DNA of 64,000 nt, taken from positions 124,001 through 188,000 of the forward strand of contig NEEC01000026.1 in the NCBI GenBank assembly GCA_002189035.1, in the 5' to 3' direction. The translations under genes were made by a program, and so were the position numbers. This DNA comes from Utricularia gibba. Its lineage: Eukaryota > Plantae > Magnoliophyta. Below the pieces are notes generated by a model. The model was not told where the DNA came from and made no database searches. It saw only the letters and a program-made list of their open reading frames with translations. Shown here in pieces: positions 26,401 through 39,804 of this stretch. The first letter of the stretch is position 1. Every line of letters starts with the position of its first letter.

Positions 26401-27458
26401 GATGATTCGAATGAGGGTCTGAAGTGAAAATGATGCTAACATGAGGGTGAGGTTGGAGGGACACATCGGTCCCTCAATCGATCCTCTTCCTTGAACTTTC
26501 ATTGCCTCAAAATTTTTTCATGATTTTCCCTCAACCTAAGGATTTGTACGAACTAGTATCCCAATTTGAGATTTTTACTTTATTTAACATTGAGATGTTT
26601 CCTTTTGCATATTCCGTTTTCGTCAAGTTTTTCCAGTTTGGGGGTTAGCCCCCCTTTTTTTTTCGCTTTGCCAGTCGCTTGGCTGGGCTTTTTGGCCTAA
26701 GTATTTTCTTGCACATGCAAAGTCGTTGCTAAGGATGTGAATCGAGATCCCTCATGGGTTAAATCACCTCCCCGGTCCAAATAGGGCTTCTTCTGACTGC
26801 ATTTCTGTGTTGACAAAAACATAGTTGCATCTGCTTTGGGTTCACTTACTGCAAATAGGGCTTACGTCGATGGTTCGATTAGGTTTAACTGATTTCTCAA
26901 TTGCAGATGGAGCTTGACGGAATCCAGTTTGCAATATGCCGATTTTAAGGTGATGATGAGAACAAGAGAAATATAAAGGCACATGGGTTTTTACGTATAA
27001 CTTCTATGAGATAGAAAAACCAAGGAACTATCGAAGCTCACCAGAAAATGGTTTCACTAACAAAGGGGGAAGGAGAGATACAAGTTGGAATATAGAGAGT
27101 TCAACCCTTTCTTCTTCAGATTCCCTTATATTTATAAAAGGGGCTGATCTGACCGAGTTCTAAATCGTGCAAGTGTCAGCTATTTTCTACGCCTACCAAT
27201 CGTACTGTGATCCTGCTGACAAATAACCGCCACCTACTCTGACATCCTTGTATCTTGGCTACTTTTCATAACTTCAAAACAGCCACCATTGTCGAGTTCT
27301 GACACTTATCGGTCTGCCAACTTGTTGCTGGTTGTTAGGAGCCCCTTGAGACCCTCTCTAACCGATTTTGCACTAGGGGAGTTGATGCGGTCCTCCACAG
27401 ACAATATGTTCGTAAGTAACCTCCAGGTGTGCCTCCACACAACATTTAGGGCCCATCA
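23481..27458 (-). mobile_element. Tat/Retand-like LTR retroelement derivative lacking gag-pol
   Basis: Direct repeats 23481-24011 and about 26850-27458 with TG...CA ends. TSD TACTG/TACTA. A PPT-like AAAGGGGCTGAA and the LTR TATA box both read on the minus strand. Confidence 0.78.
24339..26420 (+). pseudogene. Antisense extra ORF of Tat/Retand type (Transposase_28-like N-terminus, coiled-coil C-terminus), disrupted
   Basis: ATG at 24339, downstream of CTATAAATA at 24241. Peptides YSISDEYII, LRFPLHPLIVQFLNMFAISLHCL..N and the coiled coil ending ILDDFVTSSSFFEL resemble Retand antisense ORFs. Stops and frameshifts present. Confidence 0.65.
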
Positions 27459-27929
27459 TACTAGCACACAAAATGATCCGTAAGTAATTGACCTTGATTA
27501 ACAAAAACAATTCCTGGGAAAGAGATTTTGTTTCCTACTTTGTCTCTCATCGCCTCAGCTTTCATTGGTTTATTCCAAATAATTGATGATAGGAGCAAGG
27601 AATAGCTACTCCCTTACAGTTCTTTACAAGAAGGTACAAGAATAGCTTCATATGGTTCTCAATTGAACAATTGAGATGATAAGAGGATTGTCATTGATTG
27701 CTCTCAAAACCAAATTCTATGTGTGTGCTCGGCTTTTTCCATTCTTAGTGGCCCGGGTACGAGATCACTACCCATCTATTAATGAAGCATCTCAATCATA
27801 GATAATTCTCTATTTTCCTCAAAGCAATAGGGTTAGAGATGGTGTTCTTCACCTTGCTCTATGTCAAAATCCATGAGGAGTGGCTAGCTGCTCATGAACC
27901 TTGACTAAGGGACATTAGAAAAAGATTGT

Positions 27930-30900
27930 AATATGACGTGTGGAATTATGCAAAATCCAGAAAAAAATCAATGAAAAACCGAAATTTGTGCTCATCACAT
28001 TGAAGGAAACTTTACTAATTCCTAGAAACTTAAAAAGTTTAGCCCCATAGGGTCATCACAAACAAAAACAAAAAGAAAAAATTAAAAGTGTTCTCCATAT
28101 AGTGCAGAGGACAAAAAAAAAGTCATACAAAGTTTAGGTACGAAAATGAAAGAAAAGTTTTTATCTAATGAGTTCAAGGGTTGCTTTAATTCACATCCCC
28201 CTAATCATCACAACAGACTTTGATATGACATAAGACATGAGTCATAGATAGTATCAGTCTTCTGCTCATCATGAATTCAGGTTGCGTTCAAACCACGAAA
28301 TGATAGTATTTGGTCTCTGACAAATCTCCTGCCACACTCCAACATTGCTTCCTACAACTTTTGGGTGAAGGTACACGAAAACACAGCACAAAAATATGTA
28401 CAAAAATAATAATTGCAATTTTGAAATAAAAATATAAGTCATTAATATAACTTCTATTGGGCGACTTAATCCTAAATTAACATCTAATAATACATGATAA
28501 ACATATAAAAAATGACACTTAATATATTCCCCCACACTTAAATCAAACTTGTCCTCATGTATGAAAATCATAGCAATCTTTTTTTCATGAGAATCCCCGC
28601 TTTGGGATAGATTATTTGGATTACAAAACCTTATGTGTGGTAGTTGGACATTGTTTTTCCAAACAATCTTACCTTTGACGCAGCTAATGTCTCCTTTTTT
28701 TTGTTCTAGTTACTATAGAGGCTGCAAGTAACTGAAAATAAGCATATCATTGTGTTCAGCTAATCATGATATACGTCTTTCCAAAGCATGCAATAAGAGT
28801 TTGATATCTAGAAAGAAAAAGGATTGTCGTATTTTCCTAGCAAAAACAAATTTAAGAATCTATGCATGATTCAATTCTAATGTCCTGACCTTAATCTTGG
28901 AAGCCAATGACTTCAAGAGCATAATGAGGATGGTTGCACAAACAAAAAAGAAAAACGAAGCATGAAAAATTAACACTAAGTTAACACATAAATCAAAATC
29001 CCCAAAAAACACTAAAAATAAAAATAAACATGAACTCCTCGCCCAAACTTAATTTTGAGGATGTCCTCATCATCAAGTGGGGGCAAAGGGTACCTAAATC
29101 ATGGGTAGTCCAAAGTGTGTGGTAGTGAAGATGAAAGAGTCTAGCTTGTTGAAGAGTGCAAAAACTTGTTTTTTCAAGGCTTTGGATAGCTAGAAGGAGA
29201 GTGTGCTTGGTCGGGCTAGATGAGGTAGTGCTTAGTGGAATATCTTGTGTTGCACCGTCGTGGTTGAGTGTGTTTGTCCATATCCACATTGAGATGCAGG
29301 ACAAGTTTGATGATGAGAGAAGCAAATGAAAGCACACTCTCATTCTTTGCAACGATGAGTGCATTTGAGTTGCAATCCACCATCTAAGATTATGGTAAGT
29401 TTCTTCATCCAAGATGCATTGTAATACCCGTCTATATACATGTTTTGAAGTAAAAGAGCAAGAGCCCTCCAGTAGTGGGCCTTGAGTTTGCATATAGAAA
29501 AAAGAGGCTCACAGACAGACATGGAAGCATATACATTCAACATATTAAATATTTAGGATAATCACAATAAGCTTGAAGGTAACAAATAGTGGCTAAATCG
29601 AATTCAGATACAAAATCTAAAGCCACTTTAATAGACATGTGAAATTTTTACCACCAGGATGAAAAGAAATCAATTCTTCAGTAATAGAATTACTCGCAAC
29701 ATCTGCAAACACAAAAATAGTGTAAAATTCAAAAACAAGTTTCGGATAAACAGGAAGGCTAATCTTAAAAAAATTTTCCATTCAAGTGAAGAATTAAATA
29801 GGTAATTAATATCAGCAAGCAAATACAAGTGCATTAAAGTAATAACATAGTTTTTTGCTTCCGATTCATTGCCATGGCAATGTTTGTGCTTTGACTAATC
29901 GGAGAAGTGGGATGGCCAGTCATGGTGAGCAGTAAAATGAGTGAATTTCTGGTGACAAGAGGGGAAATGAACTCTTCATTACAATGTGAAGGAGGTAATT
30001 GTGGGAAAAGATGGAGGATTTCACAATTTAAAAGGGGGATAAAGTGGAGAAACAGTCATGGGGAAGTGGGTGCTTGGATTTTGTGAAATGAAAGTAATTT
30101 GAGGGTAGTGGGTGCTGAAATCAAAAGGTAAGTGGGGAGTTATAAAATCAAAAACATGGGTTGCCTTCCATATAGTGCCAATTTATAGTCCTAAGCTGAT
30201 TGTAATAGTATAAATGAACCTTGACTAGCATCAAGTAGTACATTGTATATGGCTGGAATTTTTCATAAAATGACTTCAATTGATGTCCATTGACATTGAT
30301 GCTTTTTCTAGTCCCAAATGATTGAATAACAATAGCATCAGATGGAAAAACATGCATAAGTTCATACAATGCAAGCTATTTGAAGTATAACTTTCTCGGA
30401 AAAACTTTGTAAGTGGTGTCAAATAAAAGAACTTTTTGACCAACTAAAAAATACTTCACATGCAACTTACTATCATAGAAACATTTTACTTTTTCTTTGT
30501 ACAGAAACTAGTTGGTATGGGCATTGAGACTAATTTCTTCTAACTCATTTAAGTACAAAAGTCTATTTTCTCTACCTTGGTCGCTAGTCATGTTGCATGA
30601 CTTGATGGCCCAATATGTCCTATGGTGAAGTTCATAGGAAGATGATGAGTCTTGCCATAAATCATACTGTATGGAGACTTCCCAATAAGATTCTTGTAAG
30701 CAATGCGATATGCCCATAGTACATCATTTAGTTTGAAGCTCCAATGTCACCTATTTGAGTTCACGGTTCGTTCCAATATCTTCACTTCTCGATTTGATAT
30801 CTTCGCCATGCCATTTCATTGAGGATGCATCATTTAGAAAGGTGGTTATTGACTCCATACTTGGCTAATGCATTTTTTATGGCATGATTCACAAAATGCA

Positions 30901-32305
30901 TTTTTAGATGATCAAACCATGGAAATAAGATATTGCTCAAGAAATAACCCACAGTTTTTGCATCATTTCTCTCACAAGCTATGCCTTCCACCCATTTGGA
31001 GATGTAATCCACACAAGTAAAATGTAGACTTTTCCTTTGGAGGGAAGAAAGGGTCCCATGAGATCGATGACCCATGAATCAATAACTTCATCTTGTAGAA
31101 TACATCTTCAAATAATCTGATCAGCACATACTTTCTAGGGATATGGGTCATCCGATGAAATTCAAGCTATCACTTTTCGGTTTCTCCTTTTGGTGGTGCT
31201 GGAAATCTTCAGGAAATTGTCCAATAACTAAATAATTCACAATGTCAACGGACCAAGGACTATCTTCATGGATCATGAATAAGTGTTTGTCTGGAAAACT
31301 ATCATTGATAAGACTTGATTTTTCTTTAGAAGTGATGCGCTTGAGATGATTTGCAATATTCTAGGCTTGGAGTCCATAGTGAGAAGATGCCTCAATGGGG
31401 CATGATCACAATACACTATGACGTTAGTTTCATCAAAACTATTTCCATAAATTATGAAATCATTCATAAAAACCTTAATAATGTTTTCAACATATTCTGA
31501 AAAAATACTAACCATGCATAATTGAAATATTGCTGGTGTATTGCATAATCTAAAAAGCATTTCATGATAAGAAAAAATACTGAAAAAAAAATGAAAATAA
31601 CCTTTGCTTGGTCTTCAAATGCCATGGGTATTTGATGAAAATCGAAGTAGCCATCCGAACAAAATTGTGGCTTCTTCCAACAAGTCTCTCCGGCATTTGG
31701 TCTATGAATGAAAGTGGGTAATGATCTTTCTTGATGGCTATATATAACTTATGATAATCAATGCACATTCCCTAGCCATTATGCAGTCTTGTAGGGAGGA
31801 GTTCCTCTTGATTATTGCTCATGACTGTGATCTATATTTTCTTTGATACAACCTTCATAGGACTAACTCATTCACTATTAGAAATGGGATAGATTATACT
31901 TACGGCCAATAACTTCAAAATCTTTATCTCAACCACTTCAATCATTAAACGATTTAATCTTCTTTGTGTTTGGTGAATTGTCTTCATTCCCTCCTCCAAA
32001 TAAATCTTGTGAGTGCATGTAGAGGGACTTATTCCTTGATATCCATCAATATCCGTCTGATTGCTTGTTTGTGCTTCAATAGCACACTCTTGAGTTTTTC
32101 CTCATGTTCTAGGGTTAATGCACTAGAGATAATAGCATGTAAAGTCACATTATCTACAAGAAACAAATATTTCAAGTGTTTAGGTATTATTTTTTTCAGT
32201 ATAATGTCTTTGCAATGAGGCATTGAGGAACGTTGGAACTTCGTACTAAATGTCACGATCTAGCATGTTCAATGCATCAAAAGAATTTATAAACCTAGCT
32301 ACTTT
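27930..32305 (-). mobile_element. Second Athila-like element fragment (LTR end, RT-RH-INT, extra ORF, 3' noncoding region), with gag/protease deleted
   Basis: MCIDYHKL...DHYPL.FIDQM.ERL, F.LCNTPA.FQ.CM...VFMNDF, CVDYISKWVEGIAC..NDAK, VNGHQLK, LPVYPKLVFEFYT, DEDILKIKFGRG. An LTR-end homolog lies at about 32235-32305. The left boundary is approximate. Confidence 0.85.
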
Positions 32306-32431
32306 CCATGAATGCTTTCAATCCATATTTATTCTTGCTCTGTCTTTAAAACCTCATAGAAAAAGATGATAGAATAGCCAACAATTTGGGTTGATGAATT
32401 TCTTGCATCTCCCTCTCCATAATATCTCTAG

Positions 32432-33286
32432 AGGCACGTTTGGTTGTTGGGTTTGTCCTAAACCCAGGTTTAGTTTATTTGGGTTTAGATAATTCGGTTT
32501 TATGGGTTTAAAGGATGTAATTCGTGTTTGGTTGATGGGTTTAGATTATTTGGGTTTAAAACTAATACACGTTTGGTACGTGGGTATAAAATTGGGTTTG
32601 TGATTATTTTTATATGAAATTACCAATATAGCCTTTAGTGAATTAAAATAAATTGTCACATATTTTATTTTTCTATATCATTTTATAAGTTCAATCAAGC
32701 ACCGCATAGTATAAATCATGGTGCTTAGTTAAAACTTTATTTTATAATAAGCATTGAGTAATAATAGATGCGATGCTCATCTTCAAAACGAAAAATTCAC
32801 ATTTTAAAACAAGCACCGGATAATAATAAACGCGGTGCTCGTCTTCAAAACGAAAACTCACATTTTGCACCAAAAATGAAAACTACAGTATTAGACATGC
32901 TATTAGTATTTTCATCTTTATCTTTGTCTTTTTATTCATCTTTTTCATCTTCTTCCTTTTCTTCTTCTTCTTCTTCAACAGATTTGAATAGATCTAAACA
33001 AATCTATTACAGATCTGAATAAATTTGCTTCAGATCTGTGCATCTGGTTTCTGGTAAATCTGCGTTCAAAGTTGGATTTTCGAGGGTAAAATTGGAAGCA
33101 ATGAGCCTTTTTTAGCTAAATCGACATCCCCCCATGGGTTTAGCTAAACCCAACTGGGTGGGTTCCCACCGGGTTTATGGGCAGCAGGCGGATTTATTTT
33201 TACCCGCCTGAAACCCACGTACCAAATGTGGGTTTATCTCTAAGCCCACGCCGGAACCCATCTAAACCCAGCAACCAAACGTGCCC
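32432..33286. mobile_element. Complete PIF/Harbinger (Tourist-like) MITE, 855 bp
   Basis: Terminal inverted repeats AGGCACGTTTGGTTGTTGGGTTT and AAACCCAGCAACCAAACGTGCCC. 3-bp TSD TAG on both sides. No transposase ORF. Confidence 0.9.
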
Positions 33287-33849
33287 TAGGTTGTTTGGAT
33301 GTAATACTGTTATAAATTGGGGAACTATCTAGATTCTCACAAATAATCTTTTCATCAACTTTATCATTGTTGTTCATAATTCGTTTTTCTCAGACCTGTT
33401 GACCTTATTCATAAACCTTGGATAAGGATCTAGAAGATCATTCCCACTTCTCAAGGATATTGCATTGATGTGCTTTGGGTTCTTCATTGGTTGAGATGAC
33501 AATCGTCTTTGCGTTTCGAATTGATTCATAGCTTGCACCAACTGAGTGATTTGAAGATATCAGGGAACATCAAATCCCTCTCATACTGATCAAGGACCTG
33601 TAACTCATGAAATGTCAATAGAAGAGGTCAACACATTTTACAGGAATCAAGGATGAACCTAGAACTACAAAAAAAAACCAGATGCTGAGATGAGATCACC
33701 CTTGTTTTCATTGGAGGCAACCAGTGCCTCCTGATATACACGATCACTAGGGGACTTGTTTGCTATTCCTCAGAAAACTATCACTACTCCGCTTCAACCT
33801 CTACAGATCACTAGATCTCCAAAGCAACCTATTGTTCCTTATCAACCAA

Positions 33850-36250
33850 ATCACATTTTGGTGATTAAACTGAGTATAAGCCTATGGATCCTCTTGAGTG
33901 GCATAAGAGCTAGATCCTAATGTAAATCCCAACTAAATCACTTCCACCTTTTATGCTTAATCAGCATTCAAGACACTTTCTGAACTCTTTTGACCTTGCA
34001 ACATGTTATATTATTTACTATTATTTTATGTCTTATGCACTTAAGAACTAAATTCCTTAAACCCCCTTGTTTTTAGTATATGAAAAGGAATTCAAGGATT
34101 TGCAACTAATTCTTGTGGATTCAACTCTTGTTATCATGCTATATTAATTTCTGTGATTTATATAGAATAATAGCTAAATTTATAAATTTTTTTGTACGTT
34201 GAAAATGCTAAACTACGACATTCAACAGAGGTTTTAATGTTCATCAATTTCTTTTTATTTGCATTCGTTTTATTATTTTAATTTTCTTATTTTTTTCAGA
34301 ATTTTATCTCTTCATCATTTCTTTGTGTAGAGATGTGTAAAATTTATTAAAATAGAACCTTTGATCCTAAATTTAAAGAATTGATAGGTGAATTAGATAA
34401 CAAAAACTAATCTATACAATAATATCATGAAGAAGTTAGATTTAAAGAAGTGATAATTGAAACTTGAGAAGCAACAGAATGACTACAAATCACAGGACCT
34501 CAGCTTGCAGAATCACCAACAAAAAACAGAGCACTTATGGACCACTTTCAACAACAAATCATCATTGACCAAAGAGAGAATTAATATAAAGTGTCATGAT
34601 CGTTATAATTATACTGGATATGGCAAAAGATGAGAGAAGTATCAATTATTGATGAGAAAGTGTCTATTATCACAAGGATGAATATTATGATTATAAAAGA
34701 AAATATATGAGACTGAGAAACTAGCCATGTATCAAATATCAATCTTACACGAAAACTTTGTGAACTATCACAATACACTTACATAGTTAGGAGAATTGGA
34801 GTGACAATAGACCAAATCAAAATCAGAGTTGGAGAAAAAAAAATTGAAATTTTTTCTCTAAGAGATATGATGAGTCAATTCATTGAGAGACAAGAGGAGA
34901 TGCACAAGGCATAATTGAATAGATAAAGGTAAAATTTACAAGTAATCAAAAATAGAAGTAACTTTATGAAAATTCATAAGATTTGCTATTTGTTTTACAT
35001 ATTTTCATATTGGCCCTGTCGATCCACTATCAAGAATGGTTTGCTTGTTGTCATCTAAAAACAAGTTTGTTTTCCTCTTTATTTTTTTTTTCTGCTTTAA
35101 ATAACAATAGATTTTACTAGAATGAATCTTTTACATTACTGCATATTATCTAATAAATCTTTTGAGGCATGGTTTTGATAGAGCACAATCATACTTGAGC
35201 AAGTCACATTCAAGTTTGAGCAATGCCTGATTCATGCATCAAGAATATGTGAATAGATTGGCATACATGAATTTTTCAAATAAAAAAAAATATACTTTCC
35301 ATGTATGATTGATTCAGATTAGACTTTAAAAACAAGCTATTATTCAAGTGTGTAGGGTAGGTATTTATAGGTACCTCATTTTCAGCACTAGGATTGAAAT
35401 AGAGGGAAAAATAACAATCAAGAAAAGAAAAGAGAAGTAATGAAAGAACAAGTATAGAGCAATAACAAGGCGAAAACATGTATTTCATTGCAATGGCTTA
35501 TAGATAAGTTTTACTAAGGTTAGCAAGAGAATCTATGTGAAAGGAAAACATTCTGAAAAAGGAAAAATGTGAGAAAACAAAGGAAAATCTACTAGCAGTG
35601 AAACTATAGAAACAATTAGTGTAGTTGTGAATTTTAGTCTGCAAATTTATCAATTTTTTTAAAACCTCTCAAATTTATTGAATCCTAAAAACTAATTTTC
35701 AAGTCCAACTTCTAAATTTTGTAACTCCTTACTGAGTACTTGAATTTTGGCCCTTTTTTCACTAGAGAAAGGCCCTATTTAACTTTCAAATAATTTATAT
35801 TTGATGATGTTGGAATAAGGAAAAGTACATGAAATATGATCTGGTATACATGTCTATTGTACTATGTTTATGAAGTTGTAGTGAACTGAATTATGGGGGA
35901 GCTATGGACGCACATTCCTTTATATCAAGTACATTTGAGGCAACTTCTCATGAGGTTATAGCATGGTATGAGGATGATTAATTGAAAAAAAAAAGGATAA
36001 AAGGACTATAACCAAGTGGAGTTGATTAAGAAAGTGACACCATTCTACTGATTTGATGAGACCAAAATGAAAAGAACCTTTTGACCTTGATTTTTAAAGT
36101 TTCCAAATTGAAGTTACTAAGATTATGAGGATGCAACCATGCACATAAATGATCATATAGTTAGGGGAATTATTATGTTAAATATTATTTCTTATTCTTC
36201 AGCCTCCGAAAGAGCATAAATTTTAAATGATTACATGTTTACTTTACATG
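33850..36250 (+). mobile_element. Highly degenerate Athila-like remnant (LTR 3' end at about 34225, gag-start traces, 3' noncoding region)
   Basis: atagctaaatttataaatttt...cattcaaca resembles the reverse complement of the 21121 LTR end. A trace PFDP.F motif lies at about 34355. Boundaries are uncertain. Confidence 0.45.
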
Positions 36251-39200
36251 CCCTTTTTGATACTATGTGTTGTAGTCAGTGTCTTAACCGCTAATCTTTC
36301 TAGGAAACAGATGGAAAATGGACAACTTGGTGTAATGATCTAGGTCATAGGGGAAGGAGTCGCATAGTCGGCCATTTTGTTTCATTCATGGTCCTAGATT
36401 TGTTCTTAGGGCAAGAGTTTGCTTTTAAACTAGTTTTTGTATTTATAGGTTGTGTTTGTGTGTTCTTTAAAACTTTTGGCTAAATAGGGAGTTATATAAG
36501 AAAAACTAAATATGATATTCACGATGTGCTTTGCAATTGTTATGTGAATGTTTTTTTGTATTTTATCTTGATCTTGCATAATATTTTGAACGAAATAAAA
36601 ATCTAATGTTCATTAAAATATGTCTAATTTATTTATGAATTTGAGTTAATAAGATAATAGGATTTTATGTTGTTTCCTTAGTAACATGGCAACAAGGCGG
36701 GCCTCTTTATCAAACTAATTGTATTCTTCATGATTTTTGTCAAATTATATGTTAATTTTGTTTTATTGATAAAATACCCGAAATTCTCTTTATTCTTATT
36801 AAAATACCTGTCTTTTTTTCATCAATTATCTTTTATTAAAATAACTGTAGTTTTTTTAATATCAAATTATTTTAACTGATAAGAAATTTGAAATATTTTC
36901 GATTTATTTTTTTAGTTAATCTATAAAAATTGAGAAATTTTATGAAATATAATAATTATACATTTTAATGTTTATTAATAAAAATGTATGTAAAAAAATA
37001 TAATCCGAAAATTATAACACTCAAAAATAATTAAGAAGAGTTAATTATCAAAAAAAATACCCTGAATAATTTAATTATAAAAAAATTTAATTACGAAAAT
37101 GTTTAAAATTTTTTGCTCTATTAATATTCATTAAGCACAAATATGACTAGGTTTAAATTCATAAATTTTTATTATTCATCTCCTTTCATAGTTTATATTA
37201 CAATTTTGGGTTTTTTTATTTTTTAATCATAATTCTTTTCTTAATTAAAAAAATTAATTTGTATAAATACTTTTTTGACAAAAAATAATTTATATACTTT
37301 GAAGTAAATTAATTTATTTTAATGTACAACAATATGCATTCCAAAAAAAATATAAATATATGTATTAAAACAATAATTTTTAAATAACATGCATTTTTAA
37401 AATAAAAAAAAAACAAATCACAGGCATTTGATGAAATAAAAAAATGATATATATTTTGAAAAAAAAAATTATGACAAAGGTAATACATTAAATTTTCACA
37501 ACAAAGCATGAGTTCATGAAAGTATCATTTTCGACTTTAACATGTACCATTGTTTATTGTTTTTTTCACATGGAGTGTGATTTAGATAACTCACTTATGA
37601 CAACTTATCATTTGGTGATTTGTAATAGTTTAAGCATTTGTTGTGTTCACATATTTTTTCTATGTAAGGTATTTAATTTTTGTGTAGTATGATCATTTAA
37701 TTTCCAAATTTGTTTGCTCATTCTGCACAGAAAATATTTTTTTTAATGAGGTAAGATCTTTTATTTATTGATTTCTTAGGAGTGAGTTAACCGAGGATTT
37801 GTCTTGTGTATGTTATTTGGTTAATTTAGTAAGTATTGTGCAAGAGGAACGAAACATTAGGATTTACTAAATCAATGTACAGTATAGCTGCCTTTTTACA
37901 CTTAGTTAACCAGGTTAGATCTTTAACTTTTTTTTTCTTGTTTAGCACATCATAAGTCTATTATCATTATGTTGGAGAGTTCCAACCTCTTTGACACAGG
38001 TCTGAGTATCTTGAGGTTATTTTGGGAATGATACTTCATCATCATTTACAATACAAGTCAAGAAAGCTCTTTAAATTCTCAAGATCACAGCTACAAACAA
38101 AATGTTTTGATGTGCTCAAATGTTCAAGAAAATCATGTTCAAAAGGCCTAGAAAAAAAAGTAATCCATTCAAGTTAATGAGAACTTTGCAAAAGATCTGT
38201 GTAATAAGAGTTAAAATGAAAAAAATAGGACAAGTCTTCTATCTACATTGAGCAAGTTTGGCAAGAGGCCATTTCTTTAGGCATTGCCTAGCAACATGAG
38301 ATATGCAAGAGATATTGTATGAGGTCTATCAACTACATTTCCACCAAAATAGAAGAGTATATCATCGACTGCAAGAGATATGGTGAGAATAGATGGCGAA
38401 AGAGAAAGTCACTTGAACCCCTCGTCGCTTGCCACTATTAGGTATGATCGAGGATAATATATGAGGATGTTAACTACAAGGTATGTTGTTATATGGGGAG
38501 GAAAATGATGACTAGGTCGAGGACTTGTATAATAAGAGGCATGGATAATGATAGTGAGGTCCATGAGGATGATCGAGTATATGTATGTAGGAACAACATG
38601 CTCAAGGCGAGAGATGGAACTAACACATTACATAAGAGTAAGTGTATGTGAGATGGTCATAGAACACTTTCCGATGGGGGATGCCGTACAATGTTAGACA
38701 ACCATGAGATGCATAGAGTGGAGTGGGAGATGTTTTGGAAGGGAGTTAGAGAGTGGAAATAAAGGAAGCTGATTATGATTATGAGAAGTGATGACAACAT
38801 GATTGAGAAATATTTAGGATGATTGGGAGCAAGAATATTCAATTAGAGAAAAAAAAAGAATATAATGAACAACTTTTGAAGAACCTACAAGCTTGAGACA
38901 AACATATCCTCTCAAATTCTTGTGACTACATTTTAAACTTTGTTTATCTTTATTCCTAATGTGTGAGCACTTTTGATATTTTTGTTTATTTCAGGTTATC
39001 AATTTGTTTGTCTTATATTTTGTTTTTTTAAATTTACGAATCACTTAATATTATGGAAAACTATTAACAAAAGTTACAAATCTCATAATATAATTAAATA
39101 TGTAGTTTGTATACTAATTTTACGATTAGTAACAAATAGTGGAGACGAAACAAGGAGATTTTTAGTAGCATTATTTTTAAAAAAACAAAAGACTGCATTT

Positions 39201-39804
39201 TCGGCCGCTTTTTTTCGTTTTTTTTTCCTTTTTCTTAATTTCTTCTTTGGACGAATCTGTTTGTTACCGTTGCTTGTGTCTTGCTTCTCCTCAGCATTCT
39301 GCATACCCTGACTTAACGGTAAGCAGCTGTAGAATGTGTCATGTATAAGATATGATCATCCTATGCATAATTCGATTACTATGAATTGCTGCTTTGTCTG
39401 TAGTTGTTCCGGCTGATGATAAGTGCAGTCTGTGAAGTTGTCGGCAGCCCTTGGAGCTGGCTCGTCTTTCAAATGTGTTCTGATTCAAGTAGAAACAAGA
39501 GGCAGCTTCTTCAGTTTGTCCCCTGCTATTCCCAAGTTTACATCTTTTTTACCATCACGCCTCTTCTTCTTGGTACGTCAGAATTCTTGGCGTACTTTTG
39601 ATTCCTTTGATCAGAAATGAACGGCTTTTCTGGCATGCAATTTCTATGAGGGAGATCAACATGATGTACATTGCGGCTCTGCAACGTCAAGATCATTTTA
39701 TGTACGTGTTTCTGTTCAAGCTTTTACATGTACATTACACCAGGAAGAGGTATCATCTGCACATATTACAAGGTAAACGAATCTACATAGAACATCCATC
39801 GACA

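Noticed and set aside
37950-38920. Possible CRM-type gag remnant
   Set aside because: Only faint peptide resemblance; too degraded to call without a profile search.
39414-39482. Second C/D-box-like pair (TGATGA...CTGA)
   Set aside because: No terminal stem, no clear internal C'/D' boxes, and no identifiable guide.
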